A DNA stretch of 50,163 bases from Bacteroidota bacterium (GTDB taxonomy: Bacteria > Bacteroidota > Bacteroidia > Flavobacteriales_D > UBA2798), in the NCBI GenBank assembly GCA_049322335.1, contig JBMORL010000118.1, positions 4,316 to 54,478 on the forward strand, written 5' to 3'. A program made the position numbers and the translations under genes. This document shows positions 19,652-29,500 of this stretch, piece by piece. Every line of letters begins with the position of its first letter. Within the stretch, counting starts at the first letter, position 1. A model generated the notes under the pieces. The model was not told the DNA's origin. It worked only from the letters and a program-made list of their open reading frames with translations, and ran no database searches.

Positions 19652-20837
19652 GTTTGCTTATTTTAACTTTGGGAACGCTTAAAATGGCGTCCTGCATTTT
19701 TATTTGGGTATGTTTCTTTTCGGGATCGGCTTCCAGTACCATGTCGTCTTCAAAAAGAAGAGAAACCATGGAGAAGAATTTTTCCTGGTCTACATCAGAA
19801 AAATCACGGTTGGCGGTATCGCTGCACCATCCGAAAAAGTCTTCAATAGGCAGCTTACTTTCCATTCTCGTTTTATACAATTCCCGGTTGAAAATCCACT
19901 TTTCCTGGAAAGTGATTTCTTCGCTGAGTAATACAGGTGTATCATCGAGGAATTGCTCCACATATTCTTTGGCGGTGAGATAAAAATTGCGTGAGTAAGC
20001 GCGTTCGAGTGTAGTTTTGAAAATGCGCGGCACCCTGGTTTGATACGGCTTGCGCAAAAATTCAATCCATCCCGAAAGAATAAGTGATTCAGTTTTGATA
20101 CGTTCAATAAGTGGCAATAATTCGTTGGTGAGAATTTTAGATTGTTTCAGTAAATCATCATTCGACTGTACCAAAAACCCATACAGTTTTTCAAATTGCT
20201 GGCGTGCAATTTCATCGGGAAAATCAAGGCGTTTGATATTTACATAATACGCCACCTCGTGTAATTGATTGGTAATGGAAGCCTGCTGGTTCACATCCAG
20301 GATTTCATTCAGCGGAATAATGTAATGTTCAATCCATCCCGAGGCACGGTGCACTTTTTCGCGGTAATCGATTTTTTCGATGTTGGCTTTCAGTGCGCGG
20401 GTTTCGGAAAGAAGTTTTGCCGTATTTTTCTCAATAGAGTCCACAAAATTTCGCACTTCCGAAAGAATATCTTCAATACGTTTAATGAGAATTTCCCTGT
20501 CGCCATTGATCCCTTCCTTAATTTTTCTAAAAAGAGCAAGAATAGAAAATCCGTATTTTTCGATTGTTTCGGGAAGTACGGGTTTAAATTCGTTGGAGAT
20601 AAACTCGATCAGCTGGAAAAAAACGGGACGAATTTCAAAATCGTCATTTACGTTTCTCACGATTTTAAACTCCAGCAGTTTGTCTTCCATATCGTGGCCG
20701 TATTTTTTTACAATGGCACGAAATTGCTGGTTGCGTAAAAATCCTTTCTCCATCTGCTCGCTAAAAAGCTCCTGCAGCATGTCGAAGTGATTCCACACGA
20801 AGTATAAAATAGTACGGGGTTCTGCTTTTACTAACAT
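19629..20837 (-). CDS. Second gene of the SMC-like ATPase operon: a 402-aa helical protein, size-compatible with a kleisin-like (MukF/MksF/JetA-like) subunit or an ABC-3C middle component.
   Basis: Its start codon at 20835-20837 directly abuts the ATPase stop at 20839-20841. No catalytic motif. The assignment rests on context. Confidence 0.6.
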   Translation of the reverse strand: MLVKAEPRTILYFVWNHFDMLQELFSEQMEKGFLRNQQFRAIVKKYGHDMEDKLLEFKIVRNVNDDFEIRPVFFQLIEFISNEFKPVLPETIEKYGFSILALFRKIKEGINGDREILIKRIEDILSEVRNFVDSIEKNTAKLLSETRALKANIEKIDYREKVHRASGWIEHYIIPLNEILDVNQQASITNQLHEVAYYVNIKRLDFPDEIARQQFEKLYGFLVQSNDDLLKQSKILTNELLPLIERIKTESLILSGWIEFLRKPYQTRVPRIFKTTLERAYSRNFYLTAKEYVEQFLDDTPVLLSEEITFQEKWIFNRELYKTRMESKLPIEDFFGWCSDTANRDFSDVDQEKFFSMVSLLFEDDMVLEADPEKKHTQIKMQDAILSVPKVKISKHGLPEIA

Positions 20838-20838
20838 A

Positions 20839-23490
20839 TTATGCTTCGGCTATGGGTTCGCTGTAAATGGCATTTAATCTTTCGTTGATATTGATCTTTC
20901 CTTTGCTTGGATAGATGAAGTAGTATTTGCTGAATCCCGGAACAGGATCGGGCGCAGCAAAAATGGGAATGAAATTATGCTCGCGGCAGAATTTCACCAG
21001 CTCGGGGCGATTGTGTTTGTCGATAGTAGCTACCTCGTCAATGAACAAAGTAATCCTGTTGTCTACATCAGTAACCGCCAACCGGTTGATGATTGACATG
21101 ATAATTACTAAACGGATCATTCTGTCAGTTCCATCCGATTCTACCTGGTTCGCAAGATCCACTTTCTTTAACATTCCTTTCAGCATCAGGTGAAGTTCGA
21201 TATCAAACAATTCATCGAAATAAACTTTTTTGGAATTGTCGAGGTATTGGTTGAGAATTTTAAGATTCTCCGTCTGATCGAATTCCAGCATCAGCTGTCC
21301 GTTGATTTCCTGGATTTCTGAAATGGCTTTAATTTCTCCGAGTACGCGTTTGTTATCCAGCAATTCAATCTGCAGTGATTCGATATCCGAAATCCGTGTT
21401 CCCGCGAGTTTCGAGTTGAATTTGGTATAAATAAATTGTTTGAATTCTTCGTAACGTTTCAGCAAATTGAAAGCCGGGTTAGCAAACTGTGTGGAAATAC
21501 TTGCCAAAAGCCCATCGATACTTTTTTCCTTGTCATTCAAACAGGCAATTTCTTCTTCGAAATAGCGAATGAATTCTTCTTCATCGGCAATAGTGCTTTT
21601 TAAAATGTGGCGCAGGTTGTCGAATGCTTTGTCTTTTTGTGATTTCAGGTCGGCCCGGTCGGCATAATGCGCTTTCATTTTGTTGTAAATAAGATCAAGG
21701 TTCTCATTATTTTCACAGGGAATGGGCGGCAATCCGAGGAAATCAACTTCCTGTTTTCTTTCACGGAGAAGTGTTATGCGTTCTTCTGTTTTTTTACGGT
21801 CATCACGGATAGCAGCGAGCATGTGTTCCTTGGTCATGATCTCCTGCATGGTGGATTTTAATTCGCGCTCCAGCTCGTCTTTTTCTTCACGCAGCTTCTC
21901 TACTTCGAGGCGGAAAGAGCTGAGTTCTTTTTCTACCTGGGGTTTTGTTTTTAATTTTTTGATTTTTTCTTTTATCTCATCAATGTTTTCACGGATCTGC
22001 GAAAGCTGAAGGTGAACATTTTCAGAATCTTTAACTGTATTCAGCAGTTTTTCGAATTGATCGCGCTCGCGTTTCAGCTCAGTCAGTTCTTCATTGATTT
22101 CATCTACTGATTTAAACTCTTTCAGAGAAATACCTTCCACGTCAATTTCACCGTCAAAAATTTTCAGTTTACGGGTGGCGCGTTTTACTTTTTCAAGCAC
22201 TTTTCCCGAGGGAAGAGATGTTACTCTTTCAGAAAGTACCGTGTTGAGTAATTTTCTTGTATCGGCATCATCCGAGATTTTATGAATGAGCAGGTCATTG
22301 TAGTTACGGGCCTGGTTTTCTTTTTCACTTATGGCTGCACTCAATACATCAATTCTTGCGCGGATATGGTTTCCGGTGTAGCGCTGGCTTTCTACCTGTG
22401 TAATCTGTGATTCGATCTCCTTACGGTTTTGTTCCAGGTTATCGAGCGATTCAGTGAGGAATTCCAGGTTTTCGTAGGAGTTGATTTCATCCAGTTCCAG
22501 TCGCTTGTCGTCAACATAACGTGTGCGATTGATAATATCCGATTCCTTTTGTCCGATTCTGCGGTTCAGATCCTGCTCTTTGGGACGAAGGAATTCTCCG
22601 ATCTCATTTACCAGTTCAGAAATTTCTTTTGCTTTGGTATGAACTTTTTCTTCCAGTTCGGGGAGAGTGGTTTTGTATGATTCTTCAAATGCAAAAACCA
22701 GCTCACTGAGAATTCTTGATTTGGATTCGTATTTGTTTACGATTTCGCGGAAATCGAGGAAATCATCTTTTACCGAACGAATATTTTTTATTTCGTCATT
22801 GAGGCGCAGAAGGTCGATGATGTCTTTTTTGTTTTTCTGGGAGAAATTAAGCACTTCATTTTCGCGGTTATCAGCAATGATGAGTGCATCTTTAAGTGTT
22901 TTGTTGGTGATGAGTTTGGAATTGATCAGGTAGCGGTACACTTTCGAAAAGTTATTGCTTAATCCGTCAGATTTCACGTTTTCCTCCAGCCAAACGGCAG
23001 CATTGTTGTCGCGGCCACGCTGGTAAACAAAACTAAACACTTCCGATTTGCTGTTGAATTTATCCAGCGGCAATCCTTCCTGTTCGAGGCGCTCCTGCAC
23101 TTCTTCAAATTTCAGCAACCGTTGCTGGGAACCATCTTCGCGGAAGAAAAAATCTTCGCGGAATTCACTGGGAAAAGTATAATATTCGAGTTCGCCTTCA
23201 GTATCACGTTTGATAAGCACGCAATAACTGGAGCTTTTAAAAATTTCGAAAACGATATAACTCTGGTTGGGTGTCGGGAAATAGTGGTGAACCGTTTCCT
23301 TGTCGCCTTTTCTTTGTCCGGAGAACGACATTTTGTTTCCATCGATGATGAACAAAAAGTTGAGCGCATAGATGAGCGTACTTTTTCCGATGTTGTTGGG
23401 TCCTACGAGCTGAAGCGAGTCGCAGTCATCCACGCGAACGATGGCTTTTCCGTATACACGCGAGTTGAGAACAGCAATTTTTCTAAGCAT
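20839..23490 (-). CDS. SMC-like ABC-type ATPase with a split head and a long central coiled coil (883 aa). This is the lead gene of the three-gene operon.
   Basis: N-terminal Walker A LVGPNNIGKST. About 550 aa of E/K/L-rich heptad sequence in the middle. At the C-terminus, signature-like ESDGTDRM, Walker B plus D-loop ITLFIDEVATID, and an H-loop region REHNF. Confidence 0.8.
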   Translation of the reverse strand: MLRKIAVLNSRVYGKAIVRVDDCDSLQLVGPNNIGKSTLIYALNFLFIIDGNKMSFSGQRKGDKETVHHYFPTPNQSYIVFEIFKSSSYCVLIKRDTEGELEYYTFPSEFREDFFFREDGSQQRLLKFEEVQERLEQEGLPLDKFNSKSEVFSFVYQRGRDNNAAVWLEENVKSDGLSNNFSKVYRYLINSKLITNKTLKDALIIADNRENEVLNFSQKNKKDIIDLLRLNDEIKNIRSVKDDFLDFREIVNKYESKSRILSELVFAFEESYKTTLPELEEKVHTKAKEISELVNEIGEFLRPKEQDLNRRIGQKESDIINRTRYVDDKRLELDEINSYENLEFLTESLDNLEQNRKEIESQITQVESQRYTGNHIRARIDVLSAAISEKENQARNYNDLLIHKISDDADTRKLLNTVLSERVTSLPSGKVLEKVKRATRKLKIFDGEIDVEGISLKEFKSVDEINEELTELKRERDQFEKLLNTVKDSENVHLQLSQIRENIDEIKEKIKKLKTKPQVEKELSSFRLEVEKLREEKDELERELKSTMQEIMTKEHMLAAIRDDRKKTEERITLLRERKQEVDFLGLPPIPCENNENLDLIYNKMKAHYADRADLKSQKDKAFDNLRHILKSTIADEEEFIRYFEEEIACLNDKEKSIDGLLASISTQFANPAFNLLKRYEEFKQFIYTKFNSKLAGTRISDIESLQIELLDNKRVLGEIKAISEIQEINGQLMLEFDQTENLKILNQYLDNSKKVYFDELFDIELHLMLKGMLKKVDLANQVESDGTDRMIRLVIIMSIINRLAVTDVDNRITLFIDEVATIDKHNRPELVKFCREHNFIPIFAAPDPVPGFSKYYFIYPSKGKININERLNAIYSEPIAEA

Positions 23491-23560
23491 TTTCCTTGTA
23501 TTATTAAAGTATCAAAGATAGCGATTGACCCCTCGTGAAAAGGGCGGGCTTTTTGTGATT

Positions 23561-23575
23561 TGTCAACATTTGACA
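23561..23575. promoter_or_regulatory. Perfect inverted repeat TGTCAA-CAT-TTGACA, ~70-85 bp upstream of the SMC-like ATPase operon start. Candidate operator.
   Basis: 6-bp arms with a 3-bp spacer, read directly from the 23491-23778 intergenic region that precedes the minus-strand operon. Confidence 0.3.
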
Positions 23576-23778
23576 CCAACTGTTGATAAGTTGTAATTGG
23601 CTGATCAATCAGGCAAAAAGCCTGTGAATATCTTTTTCCGGCACCTGAAAAACAGGCGGAAAATGTTAATTACTGCGCCTGAAAGGGCGAGAGCAGGTAT
23701 AAATTAATTAACTGAAAATGAAATGGTTTTTGAGGAAGAAAACAAAAGTTTTTCCTCTTGCATGACTCCTTAAAACCA

Positions 23779-26439
23779 TTATTTCTCCATCACCACTTTT
23801 CCTGTACGCAGTGTTCCGTCAGAAAGCAGCAGCCGATAGAAATATACCCCACTGCTTAAATCCGACACCGTTAGTGAAGTGGATTTGCTGTTCACCGCTA
23901 CCGATTTCACTACCTGCCCCACTCCGTTCACCAAAATGAAAGAATGTGATCCGGAAGGAAGCTGGCTATAATTGAACAGGTGAAGATTCAGCTGGCTGTT
24001 GGCAGGATTCGGATAAATGGTATAAACTACATATCCGGATAATGTTTCCTGTACATTAACTCCTGTTGAATCTATAGTTACACAAAAATCTTCCACTTCA
24101 CCAAATTGGGGACTGTTGCAGGGCAAAGGTTGTGTTGTGCTGGTTCCGCCCACATATTTCATAGTGACACGCATACGGGTGGTTCCCGGAAGAGCTGTTA
24201 GAGGAACATTCACTGTGCCTGTTACTGCAGCGGTAACATTTCCCCCTGAATTATAGGCAATCTCAGAAGGATCGGAGAATACGCCATCCTGGTCATAGTC
24301 AATCCACACTACAAAATGTTCATCCTGTGCGCTGGTGGCATAACCGGGAGTGAGTGTAATAGGGTAAGAAGAACCTGCATTAATCACTGTATTCATGCCT
24401 GTATAAACGTATCCGGCATCTGCCCCGGATGTGCGGCTAATGGTATTGAAATCCACTCCTGCTATCCATTCGTTGATTACATTGGTTCCCTGCGAAGCAC
24501 AATACGCTGCATTTTCGCATGTCCCGCAACCGGTAGTGCTAAATACCGCAGACGGGCCGTAAGCAGTAGTTCCGGTATCGCAAACCGTTGATACCTGCAC
24601 TTCGTAAGTGGTACAATTGGTTAATCCTGTTATAGTATAAGGGCTGGTCACATTGTTTTGCGTTGTCCACGTAGATGTTCCCACCGGGCGATACTGAATA
24701 TTGTAGGCGTTGGCAGCTACAACTGCATTCCATGTGATAGTTGCACCGGAAGATGTGGGCGATGATGCACTAACGGATGATGGATAAACGCAGCATCCAT
24801 CGGTAGTAAATGTCCCTGTCACAGAGTTTCCGCTGGTATCGGGGTTGCAATAGGTTACAATGGTGTATTCGTAATCAGTACAACCTGTCAGTCCTGTGAT
24901 GTTTACCGAATTGCTTCCGGTAACCAATGCTGAATCCCATGTAGATGACCCCACCGGACGGATATAATACCAGAAATCATTGGCTCCATTGGGATCGCTC
25001 CAGCCCAGTGTTACCGAGGTGTCACTAACGTTGGAGGCACTTAAGTTGTAGGCAGGCGCACAGCTGCCTGTACCGCAGTTGTTCATCAGGTACATAATGG
25101 AGTTATTGGCGTTGAGCCTTCCGTTGGTAACTGAAATTCCTGTCATTGCAGGGGTAACATCCACGCCATTCATTAATGCAGTTAATACCATATCAGCACC
25201 GGCCTGCGGGTCGGCTTTAACGGTGGTCATAAATGAATTGCAGGGAATGGAATAAATCAAACCGATTACACCGGCCGTAAGCGGACATGAAAAAGAAGTT
25301 CCCGTGGTAGAGGTGTATGTATTTGTTCCGGTGGTGGTATACACATTAATACCCGGTGCACCAAAATCCACATGAGTGGCCCCGTAACCACCGGCCTGGC
25401 CATCGTTATTATCAGTACGTGTAACAGAAACCATATAATTACTCGGACAGGCGGTGGGCATATCTCCCACTACGTCCACGTTGGCGTTATTATTTGTAGT
25501 GGCAGCGGGATTTAAAACTCCGTAGACACCGAGGGTATCATAAAAAGCACACCACAGCGGGTAGTTATTAGGATCGGCATTGTCAATTCCCCAGGAGGCG
25601 GAAGTAGCCACAACGAAGGCTCCTTTTACTCCATTGGTTTGATCATAAAGTTTTCTCATTTCCAGCGGATAGCTATAAGCAGAAATAACGGACGATTCAC
25701 TGGTGTTAAAACCTGAAACGAGCATTAACTTCACATTCCAGTTGGCTCCTGATACGCCTACAGAATTATTTCCGCGCGCACCGGCCATTCCCATACACTG
25801 GGTTCCGTGAGATCCTGTTCCATGATTATCGTTACTGTTATTTACATTCCATCCTTCATAGTCGTCTACATATCCGTTTCCGTCATCATCCAGGCTGTTA
25901 TTCGGAATTTCCTGGTGATTGCGCCAGAAATTAGGTTGCAGGTCGGGGTGATTGTAATTGGCGCCACCACCTTCCACCACACAAATAACAATGGTATCTC
26001 CGAAAGCAGTTAAACCACCTGTAGTTACATCCCAGGCAAGATCGGAATCTATATCTGCATCATTACCATTGAGGTGGTGCCACTGGTTTCCGATATTGGG
26101 ATCGTTGGGCATGGTAGAGCGTTCCTGCACATAGTGATTGTTTTGCGCAATGCGTATGCCGGGATGTCCCCATAACTGATTGAGCAATGCCTCGTGTGAA
26201 ACCGCATGATGATTAAAGTTGATTTGCCAGATGCGCATGTGTTTGGAGAGTTCTCCGGCAACAGAAAGGTTATAATGTTCGGGGAAATTTTTTATTATTT
26301 CAAAAGGTGAATAATTGCCTTTTACCTGAACCAATACTTCACCCGGTATGAAAGCAGTTTCTGTTTCGGGGTTTAATTGTGCAAAAGATGAGTAATGTGC
26401 CAGAAAAGCGGCAAATAAAAAAGTAAAGATCTTTTTCAT
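23779..26439 (-). CDS. Secreted subtilisin-family (S8) serine peptidase with FN3-like repeats, a GEVED-type domain and a T9SS C-terminal sorting domain.
   Basis: Signal peptide MKKIFTFLFAAFLAHYSSFAQ (start reset to the ATG at 26437-26439). Catalytic His region HGTGSHGTQCMG and catalytic Ser GTSFSCPLTAG. GEVEDF motif. The C-terminal ~80 aa (IYPNPANSQLNL...GVYFYRLL) is typical of a Por/T9SS CTD. Confidence 0.85.
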   Translation of the reverse strand: MKKIFTFLFAAFLAHYSSFAQLNPETETAFIPGEVLVQVKGNYSPFEIIKNFPEHYNLSVAGELSKHMRIWQINFNHHAVSHEALLNQLWGHPGIRIAQNNHYVQERSTMPNDPNIGNQWHHLNGNDADIDSDLAWDVTTGGLTAFGDTIVICVVEGGGANYNHPDLQPNFWRNHQEIPNNSLDDDGNGYVDDYEGWNVNNSNDNHGTGSHGTQCMGMAGARGNNSVGVSGANWNVKLMLVSGFNTSESSVISAYSYPLEMRKLYDQTNGVKGAFVVATSASWGIDNADPNNYPLWCAFYDTLGVYGVLNPAATTNNNANVDVVGDMPTACPSNYMVSVTRTDNNDGQAGGYGATHVDFGAPGINVYTTTGTNTYTSTTGTSFSCPLTAGVIGLIYSIPCNSFMTTVKADPQAGADMVLTALMNGVDVTPAMTGISVTNGRLNANNSIMYLMNNCGTGSCAPAYNLSASNVSDTSVTLGWSDPNGANDFWYYIRPVGSSTWDSALVTGSNSVNITGLTGCTDYEYTIVTYCNPDTSGNSVTGTFTTDGCCVYPSSVSASSPTSSGATITWNAVVAANAYNIQYRPVGTSTWTTQNNVTSPYTITGLTNCTTYEVQVSTVCDTGTTAYGPSAVFSTTGCGTCENAAYCASQGTNVINEWIAGVDFNTISRTSGADAGYVYTGMNTVINAGSSYPITLTPGYATSAQDEHFVVWIDYDQDGVFSDPSEIAYNSGGNVTAAVTGTVNVPLTALPGTTRMRVTMKYVGGTSTTQPLPCNSPQFGEVEDFCVTIDSTGVNVQETLSGYVVYTIYPNPANSQLNLHLFNYSQLPSGSHSFILVNGVGQVVKSVAVNSKSTSLTVSDLSSGVYFYRLLLSDGTLRTGKVVMEK

Positions 26440-26516
26440 GTGTTTAATTTTGGGAAATATAGGAAAAAACGGGATTGTGTACAACTGAATTTTTACCAAC
26501 GGCATAAATGAATAAA

Positions 26517-26548
26517 CAAAAACCCCGGCTTCTGTTAAAAACCGGGGG
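26517..26548 (-). terminator. Rho-independent terminator for the WG-repeat gene: hairpin CCCCGG(N13)CCGGGG followed by a U-run on the minus strand.
   Basis: A 6-bp GC stem at 26523-26528 / 26542-26547. The A-run at 26517-26522 on the plus strand is a U-run on the minus strand, immediately 3' of the hairpin. It sits ~25 nt downstream of the stop at 26572. Confidence 0.55.
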
Positions 26549-26571
26549 CTGAAAGGGTTTTGCTACCTTGT

Positions 26572-29500
26572 TTATCTAACCGGATCGGCAACCGGTTCTT
26601 TGGGAAGGGGAACCAGTTTTGCCTTTTTTCCGTTATGTTTTACCAGCCAGACGGACTGATCAGTTTTTCTCACTGTGCAATAATATCCATCCACTTCGGG
26701 GTTGGATATGCGGACGAATTCGTTTTTCAGAATCGTTTTTCCTTTGCGGTTGATCAATCCGTAAAAATGAGGTTCCTCACCGGCAGCGCCATTTGCTTCA
26801 GTCATAGTTGCAAAATGGTCATAAAAACTATACACATCGTAATAAACGGGTTCTATAATTATTTTACCGTCAGCATCAGCAACACCTGATTTATCCCCAG
26901 AATAAATCCGGTAATAACGGGACTCATCGTCAGTATACATGATATTGATATTATCTCCCCTGCTCTTCACCATCAATTCGTAGTTTTCGTTATAGGCATA
27001 GATTATTCCCTGTTTTGTTGCTTTTACGGTGATGTCTTCATAATAACCGCCCGGCCAGATAGAATCGTATTCGGGTTTCAGAAATACACTGAAATTATCC
27101 CTTGAATCAATCAAACCGTATTTTCCATTTTCTTTAAAAGCATATCTTCCGTTATGCACTTCGTATCCGGGCCAGAAAGATATTTTTTCTGTTTTATCTG
27201 AAGCGGTTTCAACCAAATACATTTTTCCGGATGTTGTTTTGTAAACCAGGTTGGAATTGTGCAACTTCTTACACTCCGTTACTTTTTCTTCCGATAAAAA
27301 CCTGTTCTGATTCGTACTGAAAAGTTTTTCATCACATATAAAAAATCCTGACACAGCTTTTATGCCTGCCACACTATTGAATTCAACAGGAGTGAAATTA
27401 TTTGTATATGTATTGAATAACCCTTTTTTATTTTTTTTATGCAGTATAAAAAATTCATTGTATTCACCACCTCCCTCCATTACAGTTATGCTATCCAAAC
27501 CACCTGTTTCAATAACAGAAAGTGTGCCCTGCCAGTCGTGTATAAAATACGTTTTATTTTCGCTGGTAAATGCAGTGTGTTCACCGGAATTTGAGCATGT
27601 AATATCCTTCACGGGCTGGTCGTTCAAAACATTAAATCCAAAACCGTTATATTCCAGGAGGTAAGTATCTTTTCCTTTTTTGGCCTCATATTTCCCCGAA
27701 TACTTTATGGGTTTGATTCCGGAAAATGGCAATTCAGTTACTTTTTTGTATCCAATTTTATCTTTCAAACTGAAAATATTCCACAGTTCGGAACCCTTTT
27801 TCGTATTTACCAAAAAGATAGTATGAGTAGTGTCGCCCGACACCAAAGAAGTAAAAGACGCAGGCACAGATTCAAAGACCATTCCTGTCATTTTTTTTGC
27901 AGTAATATCAAACACTCCGCATTTGTTTTCACCCTGCTGAACAAATACAATATTTTTTAACATAGTGTGAACTGGTTTTTCTCCGTTTATCCATTCGTAT
28001 AATTTATTACCGCTTTCATCTGTAAGAATTGATTTTTTTCCATCCAAAGCAGCAAAAATATTTTTAAATCCGGCCGGATTAGATGCGGGAATAATCGTTG
28101 CAATAAACACGGTATCAAAAAATGCGGAGGACAGCTTAAAATCTTTTCCGTTATAATTGACCAAAGCAGATTTTTTTCCGTTGTTGAACCAGAAATTACC
28201 TTTTTCATCGAAAAGTGATGTAATCGTATTGTATTCATAACGTCCAAACATTTCGCTCACCATTTTTCCATCTGTATCATATAAAAAAGTTTTATCCTTT
28301 TTACCGGCATAGATCAGAACCGGGTTATCCGTTCCTCCTTCCAAATCGTTATAAGGGAAAATGGCCGGGGAAATTTCATCCGCTCCGCTGAGCAGAACAA
28401 TTCCTTTATTATCCACCAGCGAAAAACCATCATCGCTTTTCACCACATATCTTCCGTAGGCACACTGAACGGGATCAGTGTTTTCATCTTTATGCAAAGG
28501 GCGAATATATTTTTCAAAAGAAAGGCTGTCGCCCTGCAAAAGATTTGTTTTCCAAAGATTCGTTTCCTTCTCACTTTTTGTAATTGAATTGAAAGCAGCA
28601 TCAAGAAAATGATAATTAAAATTTTTATCCATTACCATCCATTCGTTCCCCGCAGCGTAATGCCTGATGATGGTTTTATCTTCCGTCCATTTACCTGTAT
28701 TCATGTTATACAACAATGTCCTGCCCCGTTTTCCGCCTTCGGTAATCATAACCACATTTCCATCGGCATCCAGTGAATCCCACATATTTCCCCATTCATC
28801 AAATAGCTGGTAAGGATGTGTATATTCATCGTTATTGTATTCGTTTATGATCACCCATTCATTTTTTACCTGCGCCTGGAAAAAATTACAATTCGTACGC
28901 AGGTCGGCCTCTGCGGGAAGAGAAAAATTCTTATCATTTATATGTACTTTTTTATTGCCCGAAGCATAATCACCGGTGCTGTATAACCATTGGTTATCTG
29001 CCACCATATTTTGATTACTGGCCGAGATCAGTAAACCTGATGCTGCAGGAATGAATTCCTTCCCTTCAGCATTTACCATACCCAGTTTTTTATCTTTCAC
29101 TACCAGGTAAAAATCATACAGTGATAACGATATCTCATCCCATTTCGGAACAACGGCCCATTTAAGATTTCTCAATTCGTAAATACCATATTTCCCATTC
29201 AGCCTTACTTTTACCGGAAGGTGATAGTTATACAGTGAAGTATAATCAATATCCAAAGGCTGAAACCCGGCATTGGAATTATAACCCGCCCAGGCTGCCA
29301 TCCGGGCAGAAGAATTCAATAATTCAGTTGCCGTTATATTTTCAAAAGCAGGCTTACCGGAAAGATCATAGCAGGAAAAAAAAGTTTCATATCGCTTTTC
29401 GTAATCAATATACCCGCATGAAAAACCGGTTTTTGTTTTTTGTACAAAAGAAAATTTCTGCGGAATGATCCAGGTATGTTTTGAGATGTCGTATACACCA

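Noticed and set aside
20265-22933. Numerous plus-strand ORFs (for example 20265-20738, 21722-22009, 22429-22680) across the ATPase operon.
   Set aside because: They are antisense to the coiled-coil-encoding region. Ser/Phe-rich translations are typical of the reverse complement of E/K-rich codons.
20839-23490. Considered whether the 883-aa ATPase is RecN, RecF, SbcC or canonical SMC.
   Set aside because: RecN (~550 aa) and RecF (~360 aa) are too short. SbcC would pair with an SbcD phosphoesterase, which is absent. Canonical SMC is ~1180 aa with a hinge and is not operonic with 400-aa and 175-aa helical proteins. It is therefore treated as a non-canonical SMC-like system.
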